Shown here: positions 63,007-64,000 of the stretch, one piece after another
Position numbering within the stretch: position 1 is the stretch's first letter
Layout: each line of letters opens with the position of its first letter
NCBI GenBank assembly: GCA_951406725.2
Contig: OX597820.1
Coordinates: 48,546,001 to 48,610,000, forward strand
Source: Octopus vulgaris
Lineage: Eukaryota
Direction of reading: 5' to 3'
DNA length: 64,000 bases
Made by a program: the position numbers and the translations under genes
Notes under the pieces: model-generated
The model's database searches: none
Told to the model about the DNA's origin: nothing
What the model saw: the letters and a program-made list of their open reading frames with translations, nothing else

Positions 63007-64000
63007 TATTAATCAGCTCTATTTACGAAACCATTCGTACTATTCGTGTTCTATTTTACTGGCGAACACTGTTATACTTAAGTATTAGTTTTATTTTCTT
63101 GTTATTCATACACACCGGTACCCCTAAAGAAAGATTAAACCCACCAATTATTTTTCTAGTTTATGTTCTAGTTTGTTCATTTGCTCATCGACTTCAAGCT
63201 TTACACTGCAAAACAGTATGATTCTGATTAATTAAGACTTCTTTCCTCATCTCGAGGCCCTGTTCTTCCTTGTTCCCTTCTTGTACCTTGTGTATTTGTA
63301 TTTGTATTCACTTTGATGAATCTCCATGTACTAGATCGAATGTGCTTTAAAGATGACGAATATTATTCTCATAATTTTCTTCGGCGGCACCGACTGACAT
63401 TGGCAGCAGAAACGGCTGTAAGCAATGTTCAAGCTTTTTATTAAAACATATTTAAATTATAGTAGTCAATTTGTTCATTTTCTGTTCATCTTAAATTTGA
63501 TTCCTGATAAACTCTCGTTTATTCTGTTACTACCTGTATCCTACGTGCATTGTATTCTTGCATAACCATGCCCAGGATTAACGTAGGTAATTTACATCGG
63601 TTGTAATAAAGGTTATCCTTATCCCTTATACGGTTACTTTAACAGTTAACTCTACTTACCTATGTATATATATATATATATATAATTTTAAAAAGTTTAA
63701 AAATATAAAAATTAAAAAATATAAATTTAAAAATTTTTAATTTTAATGATTTAAATTTTAAATTTTATATATATATTATATATTATATTAATTATATTTA
63801 TTGTTTTTTATGTTTTGGTTTATGTCTATCACTGTTTGAGTTGCCTAATAGTGGTTTTATCTTTAATTTAATTTATATTTATGCTGTGAAATTTGATTTA
63901 ATCCTAAATCTAATTTTTCCCTGTATGTTTGGATTTACTCCCTAATATTATTATATATATATATACATATATATATTCATACATGCATATACATGTATAT

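Noticed and set aside
63375-63425. Possible further hammerhead (..GGCAGCAGAAACGGCTGTAAGC)
   Set aside because: No recognisable CUGANGA core upstream.

Overview
Eukaryotic, AT-rich, microsatellite-dense DNA that is almost entirely transposon-derived. The repeat style (tRNA-headed SINEs, Penelope-like elements, AAT-targeted R4/Dong retrotransposons, abundant TA/CA/AAT/GAT/GATA arrays) suggests an octopus or other coleoid cephalopod, but that is an inference. No host protein-coding exon could be confidently identified; most short ORFs in the track are microsatellite read-throughs. Main contents: a 5'-truncated Penelope-like element (PLE; RT + GIY-YIG, ~12850-15296); a near-intact R4/Dong-type non-LTR retrotransposon (35635-39606, one frameshift) lined up head-to-tail with two relatives in AAT arrays; decayed RTE, CR1, PLE and Tc1/mariner copies; a non-autonomous Helitron; an 8-bp-TSD MITE carrying TTAGGG repeats; four SINE families; two long foldbacks; and a 1.7-kb tandem duplication. 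The most interesting signal is a set of seven minimal type I hammerhead-ribozyme-like motifs from several repeat families, found by eye. One sits in a ~265-nt TSD-flanked element with a tRNA/Pol III head (62743-63006), a candidate retrozyme-like SINE. Also notable is a perfect two-E-box ChoRE-type site at 34540-34556. All structures were read by eye and no searches were run.
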